Source of the DNA: Chloroherpetonaceae bacterium
GTDB lineage: Bacteria > Bacteroidota > Chlorobiia > Chlorobiales > Thermochlorobacteraceae
Reading direction: 5' to 3'
NCBI GenBank assembly: GCA_033763895.1
Contig: JANRJQ010000007.1
Location: 322,178-386,177, forward strand
DNA: 64,000 nt
In this document: positions 1 to 10,787 of the stretch, piece after piece
How the letters are laid out: each line of letters opens with the position of its first letter
Numbering within the stretch: position 1 is the first letter of the stretch
Translations under genes and position numbers: made by a program
The notes under the pieces: model-generated
Told to the model about the DNA's origin: nothing
The model's input: only the letters and a program-made list of their open reading frames with translations
The model's database searches: none

Positions 1-576
1 TGTAAGAAGTGAAATCACACATAAGGCGATGGAGGCAATTCCCGAAACCCCGGCGGCAAGCCCATCCAAGCCGTCAATTAAATTGATGGCATTACAAATC
101 CCAACAAGCCACAACACGGTAAGCGGCATTGAAAGAAACGGCGGAATAAATACACTTTGCGTTGAAAAGGGATCGCTGATATACTCAATTCTCAAATCAC
201 CGAAGTGCATCAGCGAAACCGCCGCCAAAACTTGGATACTAAACTTTAGGGTAAAATTTACCCCGCGAATATCGTCGTAAATTCCAATCGCGATTATCGG
301 AATTGCTGTTAATAGAATGAGAGAAAAGCCGGACTCGTAAAAATTTCGAACTGGTTCTGAAAGAAAATAAAGGGCGCCGAAGCCTAAGTAAAATGAACTG
401 AAAATGGCTAACCCGCCCAATGAGGGCATCACCTTTTTATGAATTTTTCGGGACGAATCGGGGAAATCGCCAATTCGAAAACGAATCGCGAATCGCCTAA
501 CACCTTCAGTTAAATAAAGCGAAAAGATCAGTGTAAGCAGAACGGTAAAACTTTGTAATGTTGGGAATTCTTTCAT
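1..576 (-). CDS. Glycosyltransferase family 4 (MraY/WecA-type polyprenyl-phosphate sugar-1-phosphate transferase). N-terminal 192 codons only; the gene continues left of the window.
   Basis: Not in the ORF track because it runs off the window edge. My own minus-strand translation from the ATG at 576-574 reads MKEFPTLQSFTVLLTLIFSLYL...GIYDDIRGV...WLVGICNAINLIDGLDGLAAG. It shows TM helices and the NAxNxxDGxDGLA motif of this family. ORF 29..280 (+) is antisense noise. Confidence 0.75.
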   Translation of the reverse strand, partial: MKEFPTLQSFTVLLTLIFSLYLTEGVRRFAIRFRIGDFPDSSRKIHKKVMPSLGGLAIFSSFYLGFGALYFLSEPVRNFYESGFSLILLTAIPIIAIGIYDDIRGVNFTLKFSIQVLAAVSLMHFGDLRIEYISDPFSTQSVFIPPFLSMPLTVLWLVGICNAINLIDGLDGLAAGVSGIASIALCVISLLT

Positions 577-730
577 TCGTTTGATCTATATCCTTTGCAT
601 TGGGAATGAATGGGCAGTTTGTATGTAATTTCTTCATTCGCCGTTAAGGCAGTCGTATCAATATACGAAATGATGTCTGAGGAATTTCAGGGTTTAAGGT
701 TTTGATAATCTAAAATCAATCGTTTGCGGG

Positions 731-778
731 AAAAAAATCGAATCACACTTTTCTTCCTTGAAAGTGGGTGTTTTTTTT
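731..778 (-). terminator. Putative bidirectional intrinsic terminator after recN
   Basis: Hairpin CACACTTT (744-751) / AAAGTGGGTG (761-770), flanked by an A-run on one side and a T-run on the other. It sits immediately after the recN stop codon. Confidence 0.45.
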
Positions 779-2480
779 AATTCGCCGCTAAAATGAGTTC
801 CTTAGCCGAAAGGAGCGCAGCCTCGGTGACTTCCATTCCTGAAATTAATTTTGCAACTTCTTTAATATGATTTTCTTCCGAAAGCCGATCAACCATTGTC
901 ACGGTTCGAGAATCGGCGGTTTCCTTTTTGCTTACAAAGTAATGATGATTGGCCATCGCGGCGATTTGGGGAAGATGTGTAATGGCAATGATTTGATGAA
1001 ATCGGGCGAGGTCGCGCACACTAAAGCCAACCGATTGCGCCACTTTTCCACTAATTCCCGTGTCAATTTCATCAAAAACTAAAATTGGCAACCGCTCCGA
1101 TTTCGCGAGCACCGTTTTCATTGCCAGCATCACGCGTGAGATTTCTCCTCCCGAGGCAACTTTCGCCAGCGGTTTTAAGTCTTCGCCTAAATTGGTGGAT
1201 ATCAAAAATTCAACCCAATCGCCTCCATTTTCATTCGCAGCATAAAATTGACCTTGAAATTCAATATCCCCTTCAGGCATTGGTTTCATTTGAAATGCCA
1301 CATCAAATTTTCCGTGTGGAATGCCAAGTTTGGCGAGCTCTTCACCGATTTGTTTCGAGAGCCGCTCGGCGAATTCATTTCTCTTTTGAGAAAGACGAAG
1401 CGCAAGATCGGTCACACTCTTTTGTGCCTCTTTGATTCTCTTTCCGATCTTCCCCAATTCCTCTTCAAAATTTGTAACGAGTTCAAGCTCTTCTCCAATT
1501 TTTTTTCGATAGGCAATGACTTCTTCGATGCTGCCGCCATACTTTTTACGAAGCTGTTGCAAGGCATTCATTCGATCTTGTACCTCCGAAAGCCGCTCAG
1601 CATTGAATTCAATGCGTGAATTATAGCTTTGCACAAATTTTGAAATCTCGCCGGCAAGCACCAAGGCCGATTGGGCATCGCTTTGAACATCACCAAAGCT
1701 TTTATCGATTCGGGCTAAGTCTTGCAGCATATTGCGCACTTCAACCAAACGGGTATAAACAGAGTCATCGCCGGCGTAAAGCAGCTCGTGAATAGCGTTT
1801 GTTTCAGAATAAAGCCGCTCTGAATTTTCAAGAATGCTTTGCTCACTCAGAAGATTATCGAGTTCGCCGGGTTCTGGAGAGAGCGCATCAATTTCCTTGA
1901 TTTGATACTCATATAGATTTCGCTTTTCGCGTAAAAGCTTTTCACGCTCTTTCATCTCCAAGAGAGCGTTTTTCAAAGACTTTAGATGTTGAAACGACTC
2001 AGAATAATTTTCAAGCAACCCGCCGAGCCCCGCAAATTCATCAAGCATACGAATGTGCGTTTCTACCTTTAAAAGTGATTGATGGTCATGTTGGCCGTGG
2101 AGATCAATGCACAATTCGCCGATTTCTGAGAGAAGAGAAAGGGTCACGGGAGAGTCGTTAATAAAGCAGCGCGATTGGCCTTTCGCTGAAATTTCTCTGC
2201 GAATGATGAGTTCATCGCTGGGTTCAAATTCATTGAGTTCTAAAAATTCTTTCACCCGCCGATTTGCCGAGATTTCCAATATGGCTTCGATGGTTGCTTT
2301 TTCAGCACCTTTCCTTACAGATTCGGCATTCGCGCGTTCCCCTAAAACCAACCCTAAAGCCCCGATCAAGATTGATTTTCCTGCACCGGTTTCGCCGGTA
2401 ATGATATTGAGCCCGCTGCCAAATTCAATCTGGAGCTCATCAATGATGGCAAAATTCTTGACAAATAGCGTTTTCAGCAT
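777..2480 (-). CDS. recN: DNA repair protein RecN
   Basis: 567 aa. N-terminal Walker A GETGAGKS, long coiled-coil middle, C-terminal signature ASGGEISRVMLA and Walker B ILVFDEID. Confidence 0.95.
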   Translation of the reverse strand: MLKTLFVKNFAIIDELQIEFGSGLNIITGETGAGKSILIGALGLVLGERANAESVRKGAEKATIEAILEISANRRVKEFLELNEFEPSDELIIRREISAKGQSRCFINDSPVTLSLLSEIGELCIDLHGQHDHQSLLKVETHIRMLDEFAGLGGLLENYSESFQHLKSLKNALLEMKEREKLLREKRNLYEYQIKEIDALSPEPGELDNLLSEQSILENSERLYSETNAIHELLYAGDDSVYTRLVEVRNMLQDLARIDKSFGDVQSDAQSALVLAGEISKFVQSYNSRIEFNAERLSEVQDRMNALQQLRKKYGGSIEEVIAYRKKIGEELELVTNFEEELGKIGKRIKEAQKSVTDLALRLSQKRNEFAERLSKQIGEELAKLGIPHGKFDVAFQMKPMPEGDIEFQGQFYAANENGGDWVEFLISTNLGEDLKPLAKVASGGEISRVMLAMKTVLAKSERLPILVFDEIDTGISGKVAQSVGFSVRDLARFHQIIAITHLPQIAAMANHHYFVSKKETADSRTVTMVDRLSEENHIKEVAKLISGMEVTEAALLSAKELILAAN

Positions 2481-2529
2481 AGACTTTCATTACAAGATGG
2501 CTTTAGGCGAATTTAATTGTCAATCGTCA

Positions 2530-3462
2530 TTATTTCCCGAATACTTTTTGTTCAAGCATTGCTTCCAAGTCATCCGGAAGCTCGCTCAAAAAATCATAGC
2601 CGGTAAGTTTTTCTAATTCATCCACAGAGGTTAAAAAACTTGGCCATTTATCTGATTTCGATACACCCTCATTGGGCATATTTACAGCAATAATGGCGGT
2701 ACTTTCACTCGCATCGCTAAGCCCTTCTCCTTCTTCTAACACCACCACAATTTTCCAAGTTGAAATCGGCACGGCGACTCCTCTCCCGATGGTATTACTT
2801 TTAGTTTCAAAAATTCCACCGGCGAGTATATAAAGTTCTTTATCTCCTTTTATACAAAGCTTCTGACAATACTCCTCTAATCTTAACCAAGGGCCTCCAT
2901 TGAGTTCATGCCTTTGAGGTAAAATGTTGGTGGTATAAAAGGTTGTGAGGTTATCGGCTTCGGTTTTAGTTCGTTCTTCTGAGCGCACAAGATGCCCTCG
3001 GTCATATCCGCTGCCGGTGTAGTCGTCGTGCGTTACTTTCGGGAAAGACGAAGGCAAAAGAGGGTCAGGCATAAATTTCCCACGAAAGCGCTCGACCTTG
3101 CCAAACCAATGCTTGTTTAAATTCCAAGAAACCCAATTCGCAACCCGACGCTTTTTATTGTACGATAAAACATATTGATCTCTTTCAATCAAAAAATCAT
3201 CACTTTCCGAGTCATCTTTTGGCAAGCCAAATTCAAGATGCCGCGCTCTCTTTTCCGATAGTGCTTCAGCGGGATTTCTCTTCTCTTCACTTCCGCTGCC
3301 CTTCCCATTCCCATTTGCTTTGACTTCCGGCAGTGGAATATCAACCGAGTGAAAAAATTTAGAAATGAATTCAGGCTTCAAGAGAATCAGAAGCCCGACA
3401 AACACAAAAAAAAGAAAACCAATCAGCTTTAGACTTTGGAAAGAATTTTTCCGCTTTGCCAT
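2530..3462 (-). CDS. Secreted or membrane-anchored DNA/RNA non-specific endonuclease (NucA/EndoG family)
   Basis: 310 aa. N-terminal hydrophobic anchor LIGFLFFVFVGLLILL and the beta-beta-alpha-Me motif YDRGHLVRSE with a downstream TTNILPQ. Confidence 0.85.
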   Translation of the reverse strand: MAKRKNSFQSLKLIGFLFFVFVGLLILLKPEFISKFFHSVDIPLPEVKANGNGKGSGSEEKRNPAEALSEKRARHLEFGLPKDDSESDDFLIERDQYVLSYNKKRRVANWVSWNLNKHWFGKVERFRGKFMPDPLLPSSFPKVTHDDYTGSGYDRGHLVRSEERTKTEADNLTTFYTTNILPQRHELNGGPWLRLEEYCQKLCIKGDKELYILAGGIFETKSNTIGRGVAVPISTWKIVVVLEEGEGLSDASESTAIIAVNMPNEGVSKSDKWPSFLTSVDELEKLTGYDFLSELPDDLEAMLEQKVFGK

Positions 3463-3475
3463 TCAAGAACCCGGT

Positions 3476-3865
3476 TTAGGAATTGGGGAAATCAATGCCA
3501 ACGGTTGTGATGTCAATGATTGCGCCGTCAAATTTGGTATCCTTGAACATTGATCCTGAAAAAACGGTTCCTCTTAAATCCGCTTTTGAGAAATCCGCTC
3601 CTCGAAGATAACAGTTGGTCAGATTGGCGCCCCGAAGATTTGCGCCGGTAAGGTTTGCATCGTGAAAGTAGGCACTAAAAAATTGGGCGTTCTCAAGATT
3701 AGCTCCCGAGAGATTGGTATCGGTGAGATTGGCATTGTTCAGGAAAGCGTTTTTTAATTCAGCCCCGCTAAGGTCTGCACCTTGCAAATTAAGCGGGCGA
3801 TAGGAATTGCCAACAGAAGAATTTGCGATAAGCATCCATAAATCACGATCTGAAAGTACTCTCAT
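3476..3865 (-). CDS. Pentapeptide-repeat protein
   Basis: 129 aa of tandem A(D/N)LxG-type pentapeptides, e.g. GADLSGAELKNAFLNNANLTDTNLSGANLENA. Confidence 0.85.
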   Translation of the reverse strand: MRVLSDRDLWMLIANSSVGNSYRPLNLQGADLSGAELKNAFLNNANLTDTNLSGANLENAQFFSAYFHDANLTGANLRGANLTNCYLRGADFSKADLRGTVFSGSMFKDTKFDGAIIDITTVGIDFPNS

Positions 3866-3866
3866 A

Positions 3867-4850
3867 CTAGAAGGTTGTGCTAAGTGTCATTTGATGAAGG
3901 CTACCCACTGCGCCATACGACGAAAGGCCATAGTCAAAGCGAAATTGGTTGATGATTGCCCCGAATCCCGCGGAAAGCCCAGAAAATCCAAGCGACTCCG
4001 AGACATTCAAAACCTGCCGAAGCTGATTGTTATATCCAAATCGAAGCCGGACATAATTCCCTAACAGGAATTCCCCACCAATCGTGAAATTTCGAAATCG
4101 ATTCAGCAACCCATCCGATGATTCATTCAACCGTATAAACCCTGCCGTAAGAATTAGCGGCAATCCCTCTAACTGTTTGCTTAACGCGAAGCGAAGCTCA
4201 ACCGGAAGAGGTTCATCAATTCCATTATAGGTGCTAACATTAAACCCGAGATTTTGAAGTGAAATCCCCATCGAAAATTTTTGCGGGGCATGCTTGTAAA
4301 ACAAACCAAAGTCAGATGCAAAAGCCGAAGCGCGAAGCCCCGCAAGCGAGGAGAAAATATACTTGACCGCAGCACCACCCACAATCATACTATTATCCCA
4401 ACGGTAGAGCTCACGTGAGATTCCCGCTTGAATCGCCAAATCAGCCGCTGAAAATGACCCTGTGATATTTCCCAATTCATCAGCTTCATCAAAAGTGCCG
4501 TAACTGACATACGTAATGCCAATGCCCATTGAACCGATATCTTCAAGCTCAAATCCGTAAGCCAAAAATCCGCTGTTGATATCTAAAAAATGCTTTTGAA
4601 ACGACGCGCTTCCCTGACCTGAAGATTCTTTTGAAAAAAGAGCGGGATTCTGAAACGCATTGACAATATCGCCATCTAAAGAAACCGTATTCCCCGAAAG
4701 TGCGGCGATTCGCGCACTTCGGTCATACAGCATAAAATCGTAAAGGGTCGTTGTTTGTGCTTGCAAGGTGAATCGAACGAGCACAAGCATCACCGGCAAA
4801 ACCAAAGGAAACGAAACCCGACAAAGCTTAAATCGAAATATAATTGCCAC
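3867..4850 (-). CDS. Outer-membrane beta-barrel protein, PorQ/PorV-like (T9SS-associated or UPF0164-like)
   Basis: 327 aa. Signal peptide ending LQAQ, an N-terminal SARIAALSGN...NPALF motif, alternating beta-strand pattern and a C-terminal aromatic residue. The family assignment is tentative. Confidence 0.5.
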   Translation of the reverse strand: MAIIFRFKLCRVSFPLVLPVMLVLVRFTLQAQTTTLYDFMLYDRSARIAALSGNTVSLDGDIVNAFQNPALFSKESSGQGSASFQKHFLDINSGFLAYGFELEDIGSMGIGITYVSYGTFDEADELGNITGSFSAADLAIQAGISRELYRWDNSMIVGGAAVKYIFSSLAGLRASAFASDFGLFYKHAPQKFSMGISLQNLGFNVSTYNGIDEPLPVELRFALSKQLEGLPLILTAGFIRLNESSDGLLNRFRNFTIGGEFLLGNYVRLRFGYNNQLRQVLNVSESLGFSGLSAGFGAIINQFRFDYGLSSYGAVGSLHQMTLSTTF

Positions 4851-5008
4851 AAGAAACTTGATTAGTTAAAAGATCAACTTGATCATTTTAATGGCGAAGT
4901 TATAACGGCTTCTTGGGATTATCAATCCATCTCGACGAATCTTTGATTTAAGAGCATTGACTTTTGTATTTTTATCTGCCACGTGTTCTTAAGCAAATCA
5001 TTCGAGCA

Positions 5009-5629
5009 ATGAAATTTACAATTCCGAATAACGCCCTTCTCCAAACCAACCTGTCTATCATTCGCGATAAAAATACACCAAATGATATTTTTAGAATTGC
5101 CCTTGAGAGGATATCTGAAATTATGGCCATCGAAATTGCTCGTGAGTTCGAGACCGAAACATTTCTTTATGATACACCACTTGAAAAGACAACAGGTTAT
5201 CGTTTCAAAGAAAATTTTCTTTTAGCTCCGGTATTAAGAGCGGGGTTAGGGCTTCAAAACGGATTCCTGAAATTTTTACCCGAAGCCACTGTCTCTCATA
5301 TTGGTGTCTCGCGAGATCATCACACGCATCAACCACATTATTATTATTCAAATATTCCTTCTCAAATCAGCGAACTTCACTGCCTTGTGCTTGACCCAAT
5401 GCTCGCTACAGGTGGCAGCGCTTCAATGGCCGTGAAACTGCTAAAAGAAAAGGGAGCTAAAAAGCTTACTTTAATCTCTATCGTTGCAGCACCGGAAGGC
5501 GTGCGCTTCTTTCATCACGAGCATCCGGATGTAGGGATCTATTCAGCCGCTTTAGATAGAGAATTGAATGCCAATAAATATATTCTCCCCGGTCTTGGAG
5601 ATGCCGGAGATCGAATTTTCGGGACTTGA
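5009..5629 (+). CDS. upp: Uracil phosphoribosyltransferase
   Basis: PRPP loop LVLDPMLATGGSA and C-terminal YILPGLGDAGDRIFGT. The track ORF starts at 4964; the internal MKFTIPNN start at 5009 fits the usual length. Confidence 0.9.
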   Translation: MKFTIPNNALLQTNLSIIRDKNTPNDIFRIALERISEIMAIEIAREFETETFLYDTPLEKTTGYRFKENFLLAPVLRAGLGLQNGFLKFLPEATVSHIGVSRDHHTHQPHYYYSNIPSQISELHCLVLDPMLATGGSASMAVKLLKEKGAKKLTLISIVAAPEGVRFFHHEHPDVGIYSAALDRELNANKYILPGLGDAGDRIFGT

Positions 5630-5661
5630 CTTTTCGCCAATTCGCAGAATTTAGAAGTTCA

Positions 5662-7077
5662 ATGATTCGCCTGCTTGCAAAAAAAAATTCTATCAACCAA
5701 GGTTTTTCGCTTCAAGCGCATTGGCGAAGTGCTTCCTTTTTTCCTTTATTCATCTGCCTATCACTGCTTTTGCTCATCTCCATTAATACTATGCCTTCGC
5801 TTGCGCAAATCCCACGAATGGCAAAAGAAAAATCAGTTTTGCATCCCCGATTAATTTCATCATTTGCAGGAGAGCAACCGGTTTATTTACGAGCTGAAGT
5901 TCTCTATTCGAATCGGGAGACAGAAGGCGCGCGCGTGATGATTTACCCTATCCTAAAGCGCAACGATACGCTTGAAGTTGAATTCAAAATCCCTCCCGGT
6001 GCCGCCAATATTACATTTGCTTTCGCAAGCATTGACTCCATTTACCCACAAGTATTTGTTACAAGGGTACTTTCTGAAACCGGTGAACTTGTCGAACAGG
6101 CCAATCTCTTTCAAGGTTTTACAAGAGACGACACAAAAGAACTTCTTTATGACGAAATCTTCAGATACCCTTCTTCACTCGAAGCCACCATTCGGCTTTG
6201 GGAATTTTTGGAAGAGGAGGCAGAAGACAATCAGTTTCGTGAAGAAATTGAACGCACGCTTAAGAAAATTGAATTAAAGCGTCAAACTTCAAAAATTCTT
6301 TTTGCCTCCTCCGTTGGTTACCTTTATTTAGGCAATATCACCAAAGCTATCGATGCTTTTAGAATTCTGACGGCTCAATTTCCCAAAAGCCATTACATCC
6401 CGTTGCTCTATGATTTCTTCTTAAAACGAGGAGAGGAATCCTCCATTCGGCGTGGTGCACTTCTAAAACCGCTTTCCACTTACATCTTTCAAAAAGGAAA
6501 AACAGAGGACATTTTTGAACTCTTAGATGTCTTCAAAGACACAAGCGTTACAGCAGAGGAATTGAAAGACCTTTATAAAAAACAAGAACAGCTCTTCCCC
6601 GATGTGCCGATCATGCATGCAGCGTTTGGAATTCTTTTCAAAACAAAAGCCGGTCTTTCGGTCGAGTCAATTGAAGCCTTTGAAAAATCTCGCTTTTATT
6701 TATTTCATCCCTCTGCGGGTTATTTCTTTGATGCCTCATTTGGTGAAATCAATCGATCACTATTTTCACTTGTTCACCGCGAAATGCTTGGCCAGTGCAT
6801 TGATGCCAATCGATTAGACCGTGCTGAAGAATTGATTGATTCCCTCAAATACAAACCAAAACTGATCACCCCTGAACTTCTTGGGCTTGAAGGCCGCGTA
6901 TTTTTTTTGAAAAAAAACTTTGCCCGTGCCGAACGAGCTTATATGACCGCACACAAAAAAAATTTGGAATGGGCGAAAGATGGAGTTCGCGATTGCTACT
7001 TAGCACAAAATCCCAATCGAACCGAAGCTGATTTCGATACCTACTTTCGTCGTTTAGAACGAACCTTTTCTCCTTAA
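5662..7077 (+). CDS. Hypothetical secreted protein with helical-repeat (TPR-like) character
   Basis: The track ORF 5626..7077 begins at a TTG. A more likely start is MIRLL at 5662, followed by a signal-like FFPLFICLSLLLLISINTMPSLAQ. No catalytic motif recognised. Confidence 0.5.
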   Translation: MIRLLAKKNSINQGFSLQAHWRSASFFPLFICLSLLLLISINTMPSLAQIPRMAKEKSVLHPRLISSFAGEQPVYLRAEVLYSNRETEGARVMIYPILKRNDTLEVEFKIPPGAANITFAFASIDSIYPQVFVTRVLSETGELVEQANLFQGFTRDDTKELLYDEIFRYPSSLEATIRLWEFLEEEAEDNQFREEIERTLKKIELKRQTSKILFASSVGYLYLGNITKAIDAFRILTAQFPKSHYIPLLYDFFLKRGEESSIRRGALLKPLSTYIFQKGKTEDIFELLDVFKDTSVTAEELKDLYKKQEQLFPDVPIMHAAFGILFKTKAGLSVESIEAFEKSRFYLFHPSAGYFFDASFGEINRSLFSLVHREMLGQCIDANRLDRAEELIDSLKYKPKLITPELLGLEGRVFFLKKNFARAERAYMTAHKKNLEWAKDGVRDCYLAQNPNRTEADFDTYFRRLERTFSP

Positions 7078-8301
7078 ATGAAATCGCCATTAACTCTTAT
7101 CCTTCATCGAAGCGTTATCATAGGGGCGTTGGGCTATTTCGTTGATATTTATGATTTGTTGCTGTTTGGCATTGTTCGCATCGAAAGCCTAAAATCACTT
7201 GGTGTTGCGGAGTCAGCGTTTCTCCCGGTTGGTGCCTTTCTCATTAACATGCAAATGACCGGCCTTTTATTGGGCGGCGTACTTTGGGGAATTTTGGGAG
7301 ATAAAAAAGGGCGACTTTCTGTACTTTTCGGCTCTATCCTCCTTTACTCGCTTGCCAATATTGCAAATGCCTTTGTGCAAGATGTTACCACCTACGGCGT
7401 GCTGCGTTTCATTGCCGGTATTGGGCTTGCAGGCGAATTGGGAGCGGCAATCACACTTGTCAGCGAAAGTTTGCCGAGAGAAGTGCGTGGATATGGCACC
7501 TCTATTGTTGCTGGAATTGGCGTATTAGGTGCAGTCGTTGCAGCCCTTATCGGAGATGCCTTTCCTTGGCGAACCGCATATCTTATCGGAGGAGGAATGG
7601 GCTTGTTGCTACTTGCTTTAAGAGTCAGTATGCTTGAATCAGGTCTTTATGAAAAAGCAAAAAGCAGCGCGGCAACTCGTGGCAACTTCTTTCAACTCTT
7701 TTCCAATCAATCCCTTTTCACAAAATACTTGGCGTGTATCGCCATCGGAATTCCCATTTGGTATGCCATTGGAATCTTAATTACTTTTTCCCCTGAATTT
7801 GCCAAAGCCTTAGACATAAGCGGTAAAGTGAAAGCCGGCGAAGCCATCATGTACAGCTATATCGGGCTTTCCATTGGCGACTTCGCAAGCGGTATTATTA
7901 GTCAATGGTTTCAAAGCCGACGCAAAACCGTGCTTATGTTTCTTCTACTCACCGCGGCTTCAACGGCACTCTATTTCCTTCTTCCTGTTCGAACGCCTGT
8001 CGCTTTTTATTTCATTTGCCTTCTGATTGGGATTTCAACCGGCTACTGGGCCATTTTTGTCACCACGGCTGCCGAGAGTTTTGGCACGAATCTTCGGGCG
8101 ACTGTTGCAACCTCAGTTCCCAATTTTGTTCGTGGCTCGGTTGTTCCTATGACCCTTCTCTTTCAATTTTTCGCTGGAAAACTCGGCCTTGTGTGGGGCG
8201 GGGTTTTACTTGGCGTCATATCGCTTACGCTTGCACTTTGGGCACTTCGCTCGCTCAAGGAATCCTTTCATACCGATTTGAATTATCTCGAAACCCCTTA
8301 G
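7078..8301 (+). CDS. MFS transporter
   Basis: 407 aa, about 12 hydrophobic segments, and MFS motif A GILGDKKGRLSV between TM2 and TM3. Confidence 0.85.
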   Translation: MKSPLTLILHRSVIIGALGYFVDIYDLLLFGIVRIESLKSLGVAESAFLPVGAFLINMQMTGLLLGGVLWGILGDKKGRLSVLFGSILLYSLANIANAFVQDVTTYGVLRFIAGIGLAGELGAAITLVSESLPREVRGYGTSIVAGIGVLGAVVAALIGDAFPWRTAYLIGGGMGLLLLALRVSMLESGLYEKAKSSAATRGNFFQLFSNQSLFTKYLACIAIGIPIWYAIGILITFSPEFAKALDISGKVKAGEAIMYSYIGLSIGDFASGIISQWFQSRRKTVLMFLLLTAASTALYFLLPVRTPVAFYFICLLIGISTGYWAIFVTTAAESFGTNLRATVATSVPNFVRGSVVPMTLLFQFFAGKLGLVWGGVLLGVISLTLALWALRSLKESFHTDLNYLETP

Positions 8302-8326
8302 AGTTTCTTGCGCTCTGCCCTTCTCC

Positions 8327-10711
8327 TTAAAACTCTCCTTCTCCGCGTTTCTTTGATGGCGGTGTAATGAATGTTGAATTGGCTGAGGTATCAACTCCCG
8401 GAAATAGCGACGAATATCGCTTTAAGCTTTGCGGGGTAAAGAATTCGACATACGTATTGCTTGCACTCATTGGTGCAAATTGAAAGGTCTCTTTTGAAAT
8501 CAGCCGTGCTTCCACTTGCGGCGGACGAACAAAATAGCGAGTTTGAAAACCGAGCGCTTTATCGTCGTAGCAGTCTTTCATGAATTGTGCCCAAATAGGA
8601 AGTGCCGCTCTTCCGCCTTGCCCATATTCCATTGAGGTAAAGTGCACGCGCGAGTCATCCATTCCTGTCCAGACACCCGCCACCAACTGTGGCGTAAAGC
8701 CGACAAACCACGCATCGGCATTGTTTTGCGAAGTTCCTGTCTTGCCCCCGGCTTCGGGATAAAATTTATATCGAAACCTTGCCGAAGCCGCTGTTCCGCC
8801 ATCCATCACACCCTTTAGCATCGAAACCATCACATAATTCGCCGGCTCTTCAAGGGCTTGCGAGCGATCGGGGCGAGCGGTGTAAATCACATTTCCAAAT
8901 TTGTCTTCAATTCGAATAACCGAAACAGGTTCAACATGAATGCCATTATTGGCAAAGGTGCCATAGGCCGAGGTCATTTCAAGCGGGGTCACAGAGGGCG
9001 TTCCTAACGCAATAGATAAATCCATTTGTATCGGCGATTTGATGCCCATTCGCCTTGCGTACTGCGCAATCTTATCGGGCGACATAAATTTTTGCGCTAA
9101 GCGAATGGTCACTTGATTGAGCGAATTCTTGATGGCATCTCGCAGCGTGGTTTCCCCGCCGGATTCCAAATCGGAATTCTCAGGAATCCAAACCTTAAAC
9201 GGTGTTTGAATCGCAAGCGGTTGATTGAGAAAAGTGTAATTCGGTGGAATGCCTTCATCAATCGCGCCGACATACACAAAAGGCTTAAAGGTTGAACCCG
9301 CCTGCCTTCTCGCCTGCCACACGCGGTCAAATTCCCGCTCTTTGTAATTATCAAAATTTCGGCCACCCGTCCACGCTTTGATATAACCTGTCGTTGGGTC
9401 AATGGCAACGAAGGCTGTTTGCACCGTGGTTTTCTTGGTTTGAAGCGCTTTCAACCATTCTTTATCTTCTTTGCAAAGTTTATAGGCTTCCGCTTCACTC
9501 CTGCCTGATTTCACCAACTCTTTATACTTAACATCTTCCTTGATAAAAATCTGAATCAAACTGTCACCTTCTTTTCCTGTCCACTTCCAGTACTTGTTCA
9601 TTTGCTCTTGCAAATACACGAGTTGCCGCTTGATTGCAGAATCTGCATAGGCTTGAATTCGCGTGTCAAGGGTGGTGTAAATAATGAGCCCATCGCGGTA
9701 GAGGTCAAGCTTTTCTTTTGTTAATTCTTTTTGTACCTGCCGTCGAATGTACTCGGTGAAATATGGTGCAATTCCCGCATCCGTTACAGGCGTATGATAG
9801 ACTTGTAACTTCTTTCGCTTTTCAGCTTCAGCCACTTTCTCGGTGATGAATCCGGCCTTTTCCATCAAATCGATAATCACACTCTTTCTTCCTTCAGCAA
9901 TCTCCGGCTGATCAACGGGGTTGTATCGTGCGGGGTTTTTCAAGACACCAATCATCGAGGCCGCTTCGCCAATCGTGAGTTGCGAGGCCGGCTTGCCAAA
10001 GTAGGTCCAAGCGGCGGCTTCAATGCCATAGGCGCCAGAACCGAAATACACGGTATTGAGATAAAGTTCTAAGATTTCGCGTTTGGTGTAAGTACGCTCA
10101 ATTTGAATCGCCGTCATCAGTTCCTTCACTTTGCGGCTCACTTTGCGTTCATCGCCCACATATAAGTTTTTGGCCAATTGCTGTGTAATCGTGCTCGCGC
10201 CTTTCCACGAGCGGCGAAGCAGCACCACATTCTCAATCATCGTTTGCGCAAAGCGGCGAAGGTTAAAACCCCAATGATCATAAAACTCAACATCCTCCGT
10301 TGCCACAAGGGCTTGCACCACATTTTGAGATATGGAATCCATCGGCACAGCGGTGCGGTTAATCTTGAAATACTTGGTGAGTAACACGCCATCGGCAGAA
10401 TAAACTTCGCTCGCCAAATCGGGTTTGGGATTTTCCAATTGCTCAAGGCTTGGCAATTCCGATGACAGCATCACCATCCAGCCAACCACCAAAAGCACTA
10501 CCAAGACCGCGGAACCAATCACAATGTTATAGAGCCATTGCAACTGCTTTCGCCGCTTCGCGATTTTCTTTCTTCTTTCAGGGTTGTTGAAATATTCTTC
10601 TCTTAAGCGCGAGCTGTAGCCCATTTCCTGCTGATCTCCGCTTTGAGGCTTTGGGGTTTCTCGATTTTCTTTTTGAGGATTTTCTCCTTGCCAACGACTT
10701 TCTTCAGACAT
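8327..10711 (-). CDS. mrcA: Bifunctional penicillin-binding protein 1A (glycosyltransferase GT51 + transpeptidase)
   Basis: 794 aa. GT51 motifs ATEDVEFYDHWGF and GASTITQQLAKN. Transpeptidase motifs STFKP, SLN and KTGTS. Charged N-terminal tail followed by one TM segment. Confidence 0.9.
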   Translation of the reverse strand: MSEESRWQGENPQKENRETPKPQSGDQQEMGYSSRLREEYFNNPERRKKIAKRRKQLQWLYNIVIGSAVLVVLLVVGWMVMLSSELPSLEQLENPKPDLASEVYSADGVLLTKYFKINRTAVPMDSISQNVVQALVATEDVEFYDHWGFNLRRFAQTMIENVVLLRRSWKGASTITQQLAKNLYVGDERKVSRKVKELMTAIQIERTYTKREILELYLNTVYFGSGAYGIEAAAWTYFGKPASQLTIGEAASMIGVLKNPARYNPVDQPEIAEGRKSVIIDLMEKAGFITEKVAEAEKRKKLQVYHTPVTDAGIAPYFTEYIRRQVQKELTKEKLDLYRDGLIIYTTLDTRIQAYADSAIKRQLVYLQEQMNKYWKWTGKEGDSLIQIFIKEDVKYKELVKSGRSEAEAYKLCKEDKEWLKALQTKKTTVQTAFVAIDPTTGYIKAWTGGRNFDNYKEREFDRVWQARRQAGSTFKPFVYVGAIDEGIPPNYTFLNQPLAIQTPFKVWIPENSDLESGGETTLRDAIKNSLNQVTIRLAQKFMSPDKIAQYARRMGIKSPIQMDLSIALGTPSVTPLEMTSAYGTFANNGIHVEPVSVIRIEDKFGNVIYTARPDRSQALEEPANYVMVSMLKGVMDGGTAASARFRYKFYPEAGGKTGTSQNNADAWFVGFTPQLVAGVWTGMDDSRVHFTSMEYGQGGRAALPIWAQFMKDCYDDKALGFQTRYFVRPPQVEARLISKETFQFAPMSASNTYVEFFTPQSLKRYSSLFPGVDTSANSTFITPPSKKRGEGEF

Positions 10712-10787
10712 TCACTCGACTTTGTTTCGGGATTTAAGCCCTAAATTTAATTCAACTCTCCTAAATTCCCTTCATAAGAAAAATCAA

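Noticed and set aside
29-280. ORF 29..280 (+, 83 aa)
   Set aside because: It lies antisense to a well-supported MraY/WecA-type gene on the minus strand (1..576), and its sequence has no recognisable features.
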